Positions 1 to 14,397 of a stretch of DNA of 64,000 bases are shown piece after piece. The first letter of the stretch is position 1; every line of letters starts with the position of its first letter. The notes beneath the pieces were generated by a model. That model saw only the letters and a program-made list of their open reading frames with translations. It searched no databases and was not told the DNA's origin. The position numbers and the translations under genes were made by a program. Origin of the DNA: Botryllus schlosseri (lineage: Eukaryota); contig CM119372.1 of assembly GCA_051294905.1 (NCBI GenBank), positions 7,070,001 through 7,134,000 on the forward strand. The letters run 5' to 3'.

Positions 1-262
1 AAAACGGCAATTTATGGAATAACAAGTAAAGAGTTCAAGTTTTCAAATTTAAGATCACCGAACACCTCCGCTGTACCAACATTTATCAAGAGCTTTCAGG
101 TGGAATTGAAGAGTTCAAGAAGTCATCATAGGCCTATCTGTCGTTGTATTGGTTGTTTCCATATTGTCTAGTCGGGATTCAGAGAACAAGTTTTCCACAA
201 TTTAGCCATCCCATTTAGCGTAAAACGACTCGAAGCGGTTCGGTTCAGAAGAGAGTTCTTAC

Positions 263-1898
263 TAGAGAGCAGTCTCCGAGCGTGGCGTGGATGTAGAATT
301 TATCGCACGCTGTCAAATGTGGGACTCTGAACGACAGGCAAACCCCGCCCTCGGAGCTGGCGGCCGTCGTGGACAGGTATCGACTGGAATCCTTTATGTA
401 GCAGCCGTTGGAGATCAGATCCAGCGCCGAAGGCAGGGTTGAGTCAGCTGAGCAAGATAGAAAGAGTCGGAGGGGGCGAATAGCTGATAACTGAATAGGA
501 ATTGTCGTTACGTTTCCAATATATCAAGCATAGTTTCAGTTCTTTTTTTCATCGTACTATATATATTAGACCAGGGGTGGCCAACCTTCTCGACCAAAGG
601 GAAAGTTTGGGAATTTGTTCGTATTGCTTCTGCGATTGTAATTATCACATCAGCCGGCGAAAATGATGTTTGTATCATGGCAGCAGAATCTTTCGAAAAT
701 TGCTCAATTAGTGGAGTAGACGGCCATTTTCTGTTTGTCACAAAGCATATATCTTGCAGTTTTTACAAAGTTAGACTAGAATTAAGACTAACAGTTTTTT
801 TTCACAAATAGATTAGAAGTAAGAATTACTGAATTTGCGAAAACTTTGACATCGAATCAAATTCAGTTCATATCAAATTATAGTTCATTCTCATTAGCAA
901 GATTTGACAATATTTGACAAATCAATCAAAATTAGATTGCTAGCAATCCGCTCTGAATAACTAGAACGAGAATAATGTAGTTCCGTCATAACTTGCCTCA
1001 AGTGCATCTTTTCGTTGACCGTATACAATGCCCCGTCGTTGAAAGAGAACTGGTCAGGACAGGCGTCAGGGCAGTAAGAGCCAGACTTACAGGCGTCTAA
1101 TAAACCGAACCCTCTCCTCACTCCACGCCCTGTCACTGTGGGCGCTGTATCGGTCCTGACAATGTGGAACGGGTGTACCATCAGATAATACAACGTATTT
1201 GGATTCGATAAAAAAGGGAGTTTGCGATTCGCTCCGGATTTGGATCGAATATGGATTCATGATTATTGTAAGGCAGATTTCTACTTGGACTTGAAATTCT
1301 ATTCATTTCCAATAATCCTGCGACTTTCCAAATTTCATCCATTACAGCAGTGGTTCTCAAACTCATTTTAGACACGCCCCCCTCATGATAGTAAAAAATT
1401 TCGCGCCCCCTTATCGACATATCATGAAATGCTACCAGATTGCTAGCAACCACAGCGGATAGTTTGATGGCATGGAAGGTTATGACTGTTGAGAATTCTC
1501 AAATATGAAATTCGGACTATACACAGAGCAATAACTATGAATTGGAGGTAAAGCGCGATTATTTTTAGTTGACCGCAGTTCGCACCCCTTCAGTTTGAGA
1601 ACCACTGCGTTACAGGAGTTTGATTAGTATATTGATGTTGAAATGAGCGCTAGTATTTTCGGCCGACAATCGTCAGGGTTTATCCAGTATAGACTCACGC
1701 TGGCAAGAGGGAAGTCACAAGTCACTATCCTGTACTGCCTCTGATACTCGCATACCGGAATCGCTATTTGCGCGGATCCAACCATCTTGTTCAACCATAT
1801 TCGTCCAGACACCAGCGTGCTGCCAGCGCTTTGACTCACAACTACGCCACATTTCGTGAAAGGCAAGGGAACCAGAAATTTATGATGGGTGCCGTTGT
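263..1898 (-). pseudogene. ZP-domain exons (11-13) of the inverted EGF-ZP paralog, disabled; the copy continues beyond the window start
   Basis: Exons 1699-1898, 997-1155 and 263-490 mirror 46018-46222, 46764-46941 and 47514-47741. Lesions are a 7-bp duplication (AAGTCAC x2, 1712-1725), a 12-bp deletion, and a 19-bp deletion at the end of exon 12. Confidence 0.85.
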
Positions 1899-3834
1899 CT
1901 AAAGCAAGGGTATATAAATTTCCAGCTTTTCCAATTAGAATAGAATTAGAGCTGAGAACTACTAAGTTTTTTCCTTCTAAATTACACAGTAGAATTAGAG
2001 TTGCTTAGGAGTACAACATCATAACACATTTGAATAAAATATTCATATTTATTCCCGAAGCTTTTCGGCTCACCCTCGTCGGGGGATATTGTCAGCATTA
2101 TTGCGAGAATTCAAATAACTATGTTGAACAACAAAATACATCGCTAATTATGACGTCACACATAAAATATACAAAGTTTGAAATACAAGAGAACTGTATC
2201 GTTGGCATGGAGATAGCGAAGCAAAACAAGTTAATGCGCCATTTTCAAATGATGCACAAATTCCTTCTGTCGGCATAGACCAGACATGGGGTAATCGCGA
2301 TTAGTAATCGTAATCGATTACGAAGATTACAGCATTTGAGTATTCGTAATCGCAATCGATTACATTCGAAAAAAATCCAAAGTAATCGTAATGGTAATCG
2401 ACTACTTCACATATCTAATCGATTTCTTAGTGAAAGAACGATTACTTTCTATTGGTACAATGAATATGACATAACCGAACATCCGTGAACAAGGAGGAGA
2501 TATTATACCAGGTTATTGATAGCGCAAACGGTTGATTTTCAAACGCCACTGCTCATTATTACGTCAGAAGTATTAGCTTTGCTCGTAATTGCGTAAGAAG
2601 TAACCCCACAGTAAATAGATATTCGATGTACATGGTATAGTTTGGTTGCAAGAACACCAACCGTGGTGTATATCAGATGTTATCAATACACTCCAGACGC
2701 CACTACCTCCCAGCAGGATAATAATCACCACGTTTTCTAGTTTCAAATAGTAACTTATGCATTGATGTTTGGTTATGCTTAGTTAAACACAGTTTGACCG
2801 TTGCTGCCTGGCGAGCAGTACGCCTATGTAGTACGTACGTACTTACACCGGACAAAGATTTCAAATTTTGTACTCGTCAAATAAAACATTACGGTTTCCA
2901 CAACGAAGCTTAAAAAATCAACAGCAGCTGATATATAGCATAATCGAGCCGTTCTTCGCCGTTACTCGCAATGGCAGCTTGCATCATCGGTATCAAGTTG
3001 AAGTCAGAAGTTCAATTTCACTTCATCTTATTCTCATATGAATCAACTTGGAACGGGCGCCAATCGTTATTTCACAATTCTTCACTCAACATTTGGACCT
3101 GTCGCCATAGCCAACCACTTATATATAATGTTAGCGTGGGTTGTGGCTAGAATCACAACCAAAGCAGCAATTCGTGCCCCACTCCAAACGTTTGCCTTGG
3201 GCCCAAATAGGAGAGGTCAGTTTTCAAGTTTAAGACTGAATTTCATCAATAATATAGGTAATCGCATTATATTACCATAGTGTCCTACAATGGTGAGGAC
3301 ACAAGCAATCTCACGGCTCACTGCCATTGATCTACATCACACTTTCCATTTGCTAAAGACAATTTGACGGATATTTTCGACTGGCTTGCCGAGCGCGAAA
3401 TTTGATAAAGTGGGAATCAATCGAAACCTACCACGGTGCTGAATGCGAAAATATAATTTTTTTTCAGATCGTGGCTCTGAAACCCCCTAAAATCAGCCTC
3501 GAATGTTGCATTGTAACGGAGTTTGGTATGGTGACGCAACTATACCGTCTGGGAGCAGGTGAACGCAGCGCAAACCACAAGCGTATTGGCCCCTGTTGCG
3601 CAACCGATTGAGCAATAGCATTCTTACTCTCACTCTAGTGCGCACTTGCTCTGAGCTGTTCAGACCAAAGAATATAGAAGGACAAGAAGTGCGAGGTCAT
3701 TGTGTCGTCATTTCATTGTTACGTAGGACGTCCTCCATTTTGGTCTCAGAAGCTGCTGCCGTCTGCCTATAATTTGCCTATAGACGCGCTCGCCGGTTCT
3801 ATTGAAATTGACATTTTGGGTGATTTCGAGCTTT

Positions 3835-4690
3835 ATTTATAAAGTCCGGGTATCAGTGATTAATTTATACTCTTAACTTATCATTACTAAGAAACTGAAA
3901 CGAACGCTAGCCCATGAATATATTAAAATAATTAGGAAATGTTCATGGTACAAAACTTGATGATTGTGGTTTCATATCGCAACACCCATTGCAATAGTAC
4001 ATTTAGTCTTAAAGTTATGGCAAATGCATAATATTGCAATAGATGTTGTGATAAAAAGTAATGCAATATAGTTCAAACTACAATTATATACATACACATA
4101 ATGCCGAGTATAATGACAGCCACAACAAGAACAAACAAACAGTAAGATTAGCCTAAAGGAACAATAAATATGATAATTTACTATATGATATTTGGAGATC
4201 CATAGAATAGAAATAGCATTCCAATAATTTGCGAAAAGTCCGAGTATCAGGGTTTAATTTATAATCTATTATAACTAAGAAACTGAAACGAACCCAGCTA
4301 TAACCCGAGATTACTTGCAAAAATTAATGACTGTTCGTGGTACAGAACTTGAAGATTGGTTTCATCACAACACCCATTGCAATAATACGTTTACCCTTCA
4401 AGTTATGGTAAATGTATGTTATTGCAATAGATGTGATCAAAAAACAATTCAATACAATATAAATAACAATTATATGTCACAAATATAATGTCGAATAGCA
4501 ATTGCAACAACACTAACAAAGAAACAGTAACACTATAAAGCGACAATAAATATGACAATACGAATAATACAACAATTAAAATGCAATAATCGCAAGCACG
4601 CGAACAAAGGAACAGTATGAATAAAGGAGCAATAAATATGAAAGTACTAGCCTATATATATGATAGATTGAGAAATCCATAGTATAGAAA
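3835..4690. repeat. Diverged tandem duplication of about 400 bp in the P-element 3' region
   Basis: Shared blocks AAAGTCCG.GTATCAG, CTAAGAAACTGAAACGAAC, CAACACCCATTGCAATA and ATCCATAG.ATAGAAATAGCA recur at about 400-480 bp spacing. Confidence 0.7.
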
Positions 4691-4809
4691 TAGCAGTCGA
4701 AAAAGTAGCGAAACGTATATCAGTAGTATTGGCCGGAAAATCAGTTCCTAAATACTAGAAAAACAGTAACTTATAAGGCAAGAACTTAGCAGTGTTCGAG
4801 GTATTTGTC

Positions 4810-7800
4810 TCACTTAATATTTGAACGTGTGGCCAATTTCCCTGCATGACTTTGTGCATTCGATTTCCTCGATACATTTCTTGCATAAGCATGCAGTCTT
4901 AATTTAATGTATCGGAGCGCCATTCTGGAAAAGGCGACATTAGCGTGGCACGGGGGGAAATCATTTGGTATCGAAAGTTTTTCAAAAATAAACAGGTCAG
5001 GTGAATTTTCGAACCGTGCCAAATCTATATTACTGCGAAAAATTGTTTCTATAATCCGGAAAAAACGGAGCATTGACGGAGTCGGGTGGGTTAAGTATTC
5101 ATCCTCGTTCGCAATTGACAAATTTCCACCCTTAGTGTAGGACCGTATTACTGTTAAATTTGAAGAACTGTGAGATGAACGGAGAACTGGTTCCTGTACA
5201 GAAAAATGCGAGCGACAACTCTCGCACTCTGAATGCTTGATTTCCTTAGCGATCACCCAGCCGCAAACGTAATAGTGCGCATTTGCTTCTCCTTCGTCCA
5301 GGCAAGCGTCGGCAAGTAACTTCAAATTTTCTTCCACTTCGTGTCTCTCCTCCCGTTCTTGATTTTTGTGGTTGTCCACCGCCGATTTCAAAAAATCTAT
5401 CAAATTCGCTGAATCATCCTGCTCACAATTCTCCCCTGTGCTGCTTCCCATGTACTGCGATACGCAAATGAGTTTTAAGGCGTTACGGAATTGTATCGCT
5501 TTCGGGTGTGATTGGCCACGGCTTCTTATCTGCAAGATATATAGACTACAATGTCAAGCACATTTCTGTTACTTCAGCGCAGAATCGATAATACCACATA
5601 TTAGCCTACCTGCGCAAAAAGATTCTCTACGGCATCTTGCGTGAGGCGGCCAGTGAGAAGGTATTTTAGTTCACCTCCGATTACCAGCGTCTGATGGAGA
5701 TAGAGGACGCTTTGGGAGGACATCAATATCCCAGTCTGGACAGGCTTCCATCCTGGCTTCGAAAATACGAGGTCCGCAGTCATTTTGATAGCCTTCGATT
5801 TTAATTACGATAAGTGGATAATTGTGATGAGCCATTGCAAAATATCAAATTACCATTTCGATTGATTGTATTTTTGCATCGGAGGTGGCAAATAAACCTT
5901 CTACTGGCCTTCTAGCATTCATCAAATCGAACCAATTATTGTAAAATTCGCAGAAAAAGGCAGTTGTCTCTGCATCCTTGTTAACAGCACCGCAGGCGTG
6001 CATTGCTCGTAGAGCAGACGCGGTGCTGTGACTGAGTACCTGGAATAAATTTGATATGGTATATCCAAAGCCAACAGATGCATAGGCCTAGGACTACATG
6101 GAATGCAATATCATGACGAATATTGATATCTCACTTGAGCAGCAGTGCAAACTCTCATCTTCTCAAGTTTTGTCGGGTGAACGTGTTTTTGAGTAAGTTT
6201 TGGTGCCATTTTCAGTTCCTTACCCTCCTGGTAGTTGACTAATTCCTTTACGTAAGATGAAGAAACCTAAATTTCGGAGATGATTGTGATGGCTTAAAAA
6301 TATTAATATTAGTCCTACCATACCGTTGCGGAAGTTAATGGGATATCCGGTATTGCCAATGCATATTCAGGCAAGTAAATCTCATTGGATAAAAATGAGG
6401 TCCGTTAATTTTTTATAAGATGAGGGACATCAGCCACGAAACATAGCTTCGCACCATCAAGATGCGGATGGTCAACCAACGACGATACTTGATTTCTAGT
6501 TGGTTAAAACGTTCGCAGTTAGTTGAACTGACAAAGGTGATCTATACTAATCGTCACCAAACCTTCCTGTTTTGATTTTGGCAGATCGCCACATTGCTTG
6601 ATTGGATGGCCCCATATCGCTCACGACAGCAGCGACGAACATTCCTCGTCGACCCAACTCTTTGATCAATGTTTTTGTCACTTCCCACAATTGATCGCCA
6701 GATACCGAATTTCCCGTGAAATAATAAGCTGTTAAATTCAATATGAATTTTCCCTAAGATGTGTATTCTTTATAATACGAGTATACTGTCATATATATAT
6801 ATATATATATATATAAATACTATACCTATTACTTGCTTCCACTTTGTGGCAAGTCCCTTCAGCATGAAGCACAGAGCGTGTGATGCGAATTCTTGTCGTT
6901 CGCCTGACCTGAACTCGGGGCTGACGTACCCGACAAATGATTTTAATCCGGGGTCGAATTCCGCGCTCTGGGACAGCTGCATTTCATCTAGAGCTAAAAT
7001 GCAGTTCCTGTCCCAGTCATGCAGGCTGCCTAGTTTTTTGGCAATCCAATCCAAGACTATGTACTGGATTCCAGCAGCAAACTTCAGTGATACCACCCGT
7101 TCACAGAGCGTACGATAAGAGGGAAGAGGATAGGAGGATTTTCTCAAGTATTCATATCTGAAGATCATTATTATACTGTTGGAGCTAAAAGACTTAAATA
7201 AATCCTGTAGTTATCTACCCGTGTTTTCCTGATGAAAACCTGATTTTCAATGCTGACATAATTGTGTCATCGCTCCATTTGCATCCAGAGGCCTGCCCTT
7301 CTCTTTTCAAAACTTGAATCTGATCCTCGTTAAGAAACCTTCCTATCACCTTCTCCACCCGTTCCATCTTATCGGAGCTTACATTCAACTACCAAAATGA
7401 TCAGGAATTAGGTGCAATAACGCTATATAATCACATTTGGATATCTTGCATGGTTCTCTGTATTTGAAACGTAAAAAAGGCTAATGAATTTCACAAGGAT
7501 TTCGCATTACCTGCGATTTAAGCCGCGCAATTTCTTCATCTTTCTCCTGACACTGGCCTTGGAGCTGCAATTTGTAAGTAGCGATTTTATATCGCAGTGG
7601 GTGATATGAGCTGTTACTGTGTCTGCACTGAAAGTTATGGAGCCATCGGCAATATTTAATCTTACCAGTTCCAGCTCCTGCCTCAACAGGGTACACTCAT
7701 CACAAGAAGCCTCTTCGATGATAGTCTAAATGAAGAGATTATTTGTGCAGACGAATGTTGCTTATTGCCAAAACATGTGAAAAAGCAATGTTGATCTACC

Positions 7801-8277
7801 AGTGATTCTCCGGTGATTTGTTCTTCACCAGACATATCGACGCCATCATTGCAATCCATTTCTGTGACAGTTGAATTTTATAGGCCCGGAAAATTTTCAT
7901 CTAACTACTCAATATAATCTCGTACCTTCAGCTGACATTGACCTTTCAAGAATTCGCCGAGTACCTTCCAATTTACGGGGCGGATTCGGTACATCAAATA
8001 ATGTGGGGACTGCGTTCTGCTTCAATTTTACGCGACCGTCAATGCGCTTTCTTTCGAACTCATCGGCTTCGAAGTGTTTCTAGAGTTTATTGCGTTGACA
8101 AAAAGCTATTGAATTTAAATTTCAATTGCAACAGACTTCGCAAAGTCTAGAACTCTGTGTTGGCGTCCATTTATCTCGCCTACAGTTTATTTTCCATCTC
8201 CGCCTCCTCTCTTCATTCGCTGGAAAACGGTATACGGCTTTGCGAGATGTGCAATTCGGAGCAGCACAGGAAGGCAT
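4810..8277 (-). pseudogene. Intron-containing THAP-domain P-element transposase (THAP9-like), probably inactivated by a nonsense codon
   Basis: THAP zinc finger MPSCAAPNC...FP...W...RLCE.HF...AVPTLF. Catalytic motifs CILALDEM, VVSDMGPSNQ, FVADVPHLIK, RLTQDAVENLF, plus YYVCGWV and RYIKLRLH. An in-frame TAA at 6405-6407 sits in ...PHLIKN*RTSFL. Confidence 0.88.
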
Positions 8278-9810
8278 TTTGATGTGGTAATCCGGGTAGA
8301 TCTGAAATAAAAACGAACAGCAGACTACAAAAATACACAAATTCACCTTGGTTTTGATGTCCAATATCCCAGTCGACGAGCGTAATCCCATAAATATCAC
8401 TGCCAATATCACCGAAAAGTAACTGCCGCACTAGCAGGTTCAGGCTGTTTGTTGTGGTCTTCTGAGACCAAAATGGAGGGCGTCCTACGTAACAATGAAA
8501 TGACGACACAATGACCTCGCACTTCTTGTCCTTCTATATTCTTTGGTTCAGACGGCATGGTTGCGTCACAATACCAAACTCCGTTACGATGCAACATTAG
8601 AGGTTGATTTTTGGCGGTTCCAGAGCCCCGAGCAGAATAAAATTTATATTTTCGCAATGCTCGGCAAGCCGGTCAAAAATTACCGTCAATAGTTGCCTTT
8701 GACCAAATGGAAAGTGTGACGTAAAATAATTTCACTGAGCCCTGAGATCTGCTAGTGTCCACACCATATAGGATACGTTGTATGTATTGTTAAATCGTGA
8801 GTTCCGGTCTGTTATATAATCTAAAGATATTGCAGTCGCCAAAACGTAGCAGACTAAATGAAAAACTTTCGTCAGACGCACATACAAATTGCCATGCCTC
8901 TATTTCTCTGCAGGTACCCCGGGTGGCATTTACATTGTGAGCTCATATTGGAAGGACCGGACTGTTAGTCCCGCCCGCCCAGCGCGGCTATTGACAATGG
9001 ACAAATACCATAAGTTTCGGCCAAGGTCATTCTTTAATAGCACACGCCGTGGAGTCGCATGTTGGCTAAACTGCATATGTCTTTTGTGTGTCGTGGCGCG
9101 GTAATGACTGGCACCGAATAGCGTATTCATAAAAATTATGCATGTTTTATTCTTGAGGAGAGTTCTGCATTTCCAAATTAAGCTATCTAGAGACGATTAA
9201 ATCGCGAAGCTCAATGAAAATTTTCAAGCTAATTAAATATCTTGGAAAATTTATGTCGATTTACGAAATATTTCCGAGTCCCCTTCGAACTCGCTACCCA
9301 CCCTATGGGGTGCGGCAGTTACGACGGATATGGCAAGAATGCAAATCGTTAAGTGTGATAAATCGTCCCCTATAAAGTTGGGCGAGTAGTTCATTATGAC
9401 GCAACAGGCAAATGACGCATCATTTATAAAGACAGTTGTTATCTCATTACGCCATTTCATCGCAATCCTTGAATTGTCTTTCAATATATCCTCTAATATC
9501 AGTTCTCAGAAGCAAAATAAATGTAATCATGAGTAATCGTGATTACTTTTCCGATGTAATCGTAATCGATTACTTCCTGATTCTGCTATAATCGTAATCG
9601 CGTGATTCAGAAGTAATCGTAATCGCAATCATAGGCGCCGACTTACGAGGTTACGAGGTGGCGCAGCCACCCCGTGACCATATTTACGAGGTGGCGGCCA
9701 CCTCGTACAAAATGCTCAAACGCCCAAGTGATTTGTGACCAGTAATTAGTAATCAGGCGAATCGATGCGACCTCGTTAGAGACGTCTTCGATTTCGATAC
9801 GCGCGTGTGC

Positions 9811-10803
9811 CGGCGCGTAGCCACGGGTTATCGGGGGTCGAACTTCCCTACTTGAAACGCGAAACCCCGTCATTTTGAAATGATCATTCTAACTCTTGCA
9901 ATTGCAACAGTTGCAATTCAATAATTGTGTAATCAGTGTTCCGCGCGGCGGGTTTGCGACAAACGTGTTGTCAATTAGCGCGAAGAATCTGTGATTATCT
10001 CCCGCTGAGATGGTCGCGAATTTAGGTCATTCATTCCCGTGCGCGGGGCAATCGTCGCTAGCCTGATTTATCGCGTCTCGATCAAGCCTGGTTCCGCAGG
10101 CTTCAACAATCGCATCTGCAATGGGCCAAGCTCTCTCTATATCATCGCTTAACTGTGCTATCGAATCTGCATTGGCGGCTTCGGCCTGGTGTGCATGATA
10201 TCAGCGCTGACCTACACAATAGCATCTGCAATAGGCCTGGAGTGAAATATATCAATGCTGGCCTATGGCCTAACTATCGCGTCTCGGGCCTAGCATGCTT
10301 TGATTCCTGTCTCTCGCTGGTTTCGAGACAATGCGGTCGAATTTACGCTAATTAGTTATTGTTTTATGTCATATTGTTTGAAAAGCGACACCGCGAAACT
10401 GAATAACATCAAATCGCTGTAAACAGACTTTTAACGTGCGAAATTGATTCCCGCTAATATTTGAACGTAATGACCAGAAGATGTGTATCATGTCTCGAGT
10501 TCTGAAATACGACGAAGGTTTGAAATCGGTGCAATCAAGCTCGGACATTTTGATTTGCGAAAACTGTCGCCGAGACTGCGTAATACTCGCACGTATTTAA
10601 TTGTTCACCAGAGATCAGTGACTCGCTAATTGACAGCACTCCCGGACTCTGGCAAGCTTATCATACGCCTAAAATCGTCGATACGAAGAGATTATATGAT
10701 CGCCATTTACGCATGTACTTGACCCCTAATTGAATTGATGCTATATTGGTAAATTTGAAAAAAATCCGAATCCCCCTAATTTTTGCGACTGGCTACGCGC
10801 CTA
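9811..10803. mobile_element. hAT-like MITE, same family as 41484-42628
   Basis: TIR GGCGCGTAGCC/GGCTACGCGCC, 8-bp TSD GCGTGTGC, and internal homology to 41484-42628. Confidence 0.8.
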
Positions 10804-13800
10804 GCGTGTGCTGAGAAGCACCATCCTAGATCTCCTCTGCCGACCAAGCGCCCAAATATACGTTCTGCTTTTCTGAAATCTAAATTATGTGCAGTGCACC
10901 CATATTCGTTAACAAAACCATTCATGAGCTAGCTAGCTTCGTGATAGGTAATCGTAGCTCGAAATTGGAGGGTGTGTTGGTGTGTGCCTACAAATTGGAA
11001 TTAATTTCTTCGCAGATTCGCTTTGCCCGTGACATTAAACGGGAGATGTAGCAATACAGCTTAAACACCGATATAATGAGAAAACAATTGTCGCGACGAA
11101 AGCCACTCAATACAGTTTCACACTCAAAACCGATTCGTGGCGATACTGATTAGATGACACGCTTTCTTATTTGCCATCATCCATATTTCTTGTTATCTAC
11201 TTGATACATTCGTACTCCGAAATTGTAGCCAGACATGGGGTGATTACTTTATGAATGTAATCGATTGCGATTACGATTACTTCCGAATGACGCGATTACG
11301 ATTACGATTACAGCAAAATCAGGAAGTAGTCGATTACGATTACGATTACATTGGAAAAGTAATCACGATTACTCACGATTACATTTATTTTGCATTTTAG
11401 AAGTTATATCGGAAGACAATATGTGGATTGCGCTGAAAAGGCCTAATGAGAAAACAAACTTCCTATAAAAAGATGCGTCATTTGCTTGTTACGTCATAAT
11501 GTATCCATTGCCCATTTTTATATAGGACGATTTGTCGCGCCAGGTCCATGACTTCCGCACCCCAAATTTACCAATAGGGTGGGGAGCGAGCTTGAGAGGG
11601 ACTCAAGAGCATTTCATAAACCAACATAACTTATAGATTATTCTCGAGAGATTCAATCAACTTGAAAATTCTCTCTAAATAAGCTTGATTTTGGAATGCA
11701 TACGTCTCCCCCTCAACAAAAAAAGCATACATAATTTATAGTAGGCTTGTATTTAAAACAAATGGTTGTTTAAAACACATTGTTTAAAACTGTTTTAAAC
11801 AAAGGATTTAAAAAAAAAACTATGTTGTGTTTTTTTAAGTTTTAAAATTATACCATAATTGTGTAAGTAAATAATGCTTACCACAATTACCACCCGATTT
11901 AGCCGAACATGTTTTAAACAGGGGCCTTGTTGTAAACATGCTCGTTTCAAATTTATTTTTGTTTTAAATGCAACCCTAATTTATAGCAATTGGCATTTAG
12001 GTTCCAGTCAATACCGTGCCACGACACACGAAAAGACATGCAATTTCGACCAACACGTGACTTCACGAAGTGTGCTACTAAAGAAAAACCTTTGCCGAAA
12101 CTTGGGGTATGTGTCCATTGTCAATAGCCGCGCTGGGTAGGACTAATGGTCCGGTCCTTCCATTCCGAGCCCACAATGCAAATGTCACCCGGACACCCAC
12201 AGAGCATTAAAGACATGACAATTTGTGTGCGCGTCTCGCGAAAGTTTTTCTTTTAGTCTGCTACATAAGGGATAAAACAATGTCTTTTGATTATATAACA
12301 GACCGGAAGTCACGAATTAACAACATGCACTAAAGTAATTATAAAAAGATAACAGACGTTATAATTATGAATTACGTGAGTAGTATATAGGATCGGTCTG
12401 GGGGTGGCAGGGGTTCTTATGGGCCCGCTCGCACATCGCCGTGAAAACTCGTGTTGGCATATCGCGCTTTTAGACCCCCCCTTCCGCTCGCACATCGCCA
12501 TTGGTTCTTATGGGTGCGCTCGCATGTCGCACTTTCGGGTATAGGCATCTCTCGCACATCGCCGTGAAAACTCGTGTTGGCATATCGCGCTTTTAGACCC
12601 CCCTTCCGCTCGCACATCGCCATTGGTTCTTATGGGTGCGGTCGTGACTCGCCATTTTTGCTATAGGCTGCGGTCGTGATTCGCCGTGAAAACTCGTGGT
12701 CGTGACTCGCCTTTTTTGCTATAGGCTGTGGTGGTGATTCGCCATGTATTCTTACGGGATCTGTGATGATTCGCCATGTGTTCTTATGGGTGCGGTCGTG
12801 ATTCGCACTTTCAGACATCTCTCGCGTGGTGTTGAATAGTCACCAACAATAACCGCACAAACGGAAACGTGGCTTGCAAGAGGATTAAGCAGTGCGACCT
12901 ATATTTCGAATGACCTGCGCGCTGAATTGTTTCACAGCCAACCGCGGTGGTCGTGACTCACCTTTTTTACTATAGGTGGTGACGGTGATTCGCCTGTCGT
13001 GTATTCTTACGGGGTCTGTGGTGACTCGCCATGTGTTCTTATGGGTGCGGTCGCATGCGGCTATTGCGTCTTATTGTGGTGGTGGTGAGCGGCTATTGAT
13101 GCTAACACGAAACCCGGGGTGGCGAGCGGCACTTATTTCTTATGGCGGCGGGTCTTATTTCTTATGGGTGCGGTCGTGATTCGTACTTTCGGTAAAGACT
13201 GCGGGCGGCATGTCGTACTTTCAGCAAAAAAGGTGTGAAATAGTTTGCCAAGTCTAGGAATCACTTGCAAGGTAATATTTTGGTATTTAGTTTACCACAG
13301 AGCCGGCGTAGACGGCGATTCGAATATCAACAATAACAACGCTCACGAATTAACACTTCAAATAGCTGTGAAATAGTTTGCAAAACCCCGCGATCGCTGA
13401 CAAGATAATGTCTCGGTCATAACCATCTTTCACGACTTGGTGTCATAACCATACCGATCGCTCACGCGGTGAAATTTTAGTAATCAGTTTGTCACAGAAC
13501 TTGATTTCGCTGGTAAGATTTAACAAGTAACGAATAACAGACCGCGGTAACTTGAATAGCGACAAATTGTCACTTATTTCCGCTCTAACCCTAATCCTTT
13601 GTGAAGAGAACGCTTATTCAAAAGGTTGTGATATAATTTTAAAATCCAACGACCACTCACCGGATAATGCTTCAGACATATAGCAATCTCTCATACCCGC
13701 TCACAAGGTAATATTTCGGTAATAAGTTCGTCACAGAGCCGTCGCAGACGGTGATTCGAAAACCAACAATTTGTCACTCGCCCGCGATCGCTATATGTTT

Positions 13801-14280
13801 CACGCCTCCAGAATAGTGGCTGACTTTAGTTGCGTGATAAGATCCATGAAAATATTCAATCAATGTGTTAGTTTATCAACTTGAAATGAAACTCACTACA
13901 CAAATCAAGTCGATTCGTATCTGAATGTTTTAAATCGGTACAACTCTAATCCTTTGACAAATCTTTAACGCGTTTTTGTTGAATCGAACGTAACCCGAAT
14001 ATTACTGACGCCGACTTTCAGCCGCATCGAATTATTCGCACATTCCGCGCCACTGTTTTCACACTTATAGAATCAATACCAACTATAACTCTACAAGAAT
14101 CAAGAATCACAAGTACGTGCATTACACAGTTATTGTCTTTATCAACTTGAAATCAAACACTTAACAAAAACACACAACTAATCATTTGGCAACTCTAGCA
14201 ATACCAAAAAATTCCAGTATTGTTGATTGAAAATCCTTGAGTCATTATTATCAAAAATGTTATAGTACCGCATCGGGATC

Positions 14281-14397
14281 CATTCGCGGGATGTACTAAA
14301 GGTAAATCCAAATAATCCACATTCGCGGGATGTACTAAAGGTAAATCCAAATAATCCACATTCGCGGGATGTACTAAAGGTAAATCCAAATAATCCA
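14281..14397. repeat. 39-bp tandem repeat x3 (mirror copy at about 23499-23615)
   Basis: Unit CATTCGCGGGATGTACTAAAGGTAAATCCAAATAATCCA. Confidence 0.9.

Larger units (their letters stand above)
3276..8780 (-). mobile_element. P-element superfamily DNA transposon with long imperfect inverted ends
   Basis: Termini CATAGTGTCCTACAATGGTG and (rc) CAACGTATCCTATATGGTG. Inverted similarity runs between 3276-3752 and 8458-8780, including a near-identical block of about 90 bp. It encloses a THAP-transposase gene. No clean TSD. Confidence 0.85.
2281..9630. mobile_element. Non-autonomous hAT-like element, copy A (one end truncated), interrupted by the P element
   Basis: Starts CAGACATGGGGT and has GTAATC/GATTAC subterminal repeats. 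2281-3275 and 8781-9630 are diverged reverse-complement matches to 25585-27538 and about 11270-12330. Confidence 0.75.
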
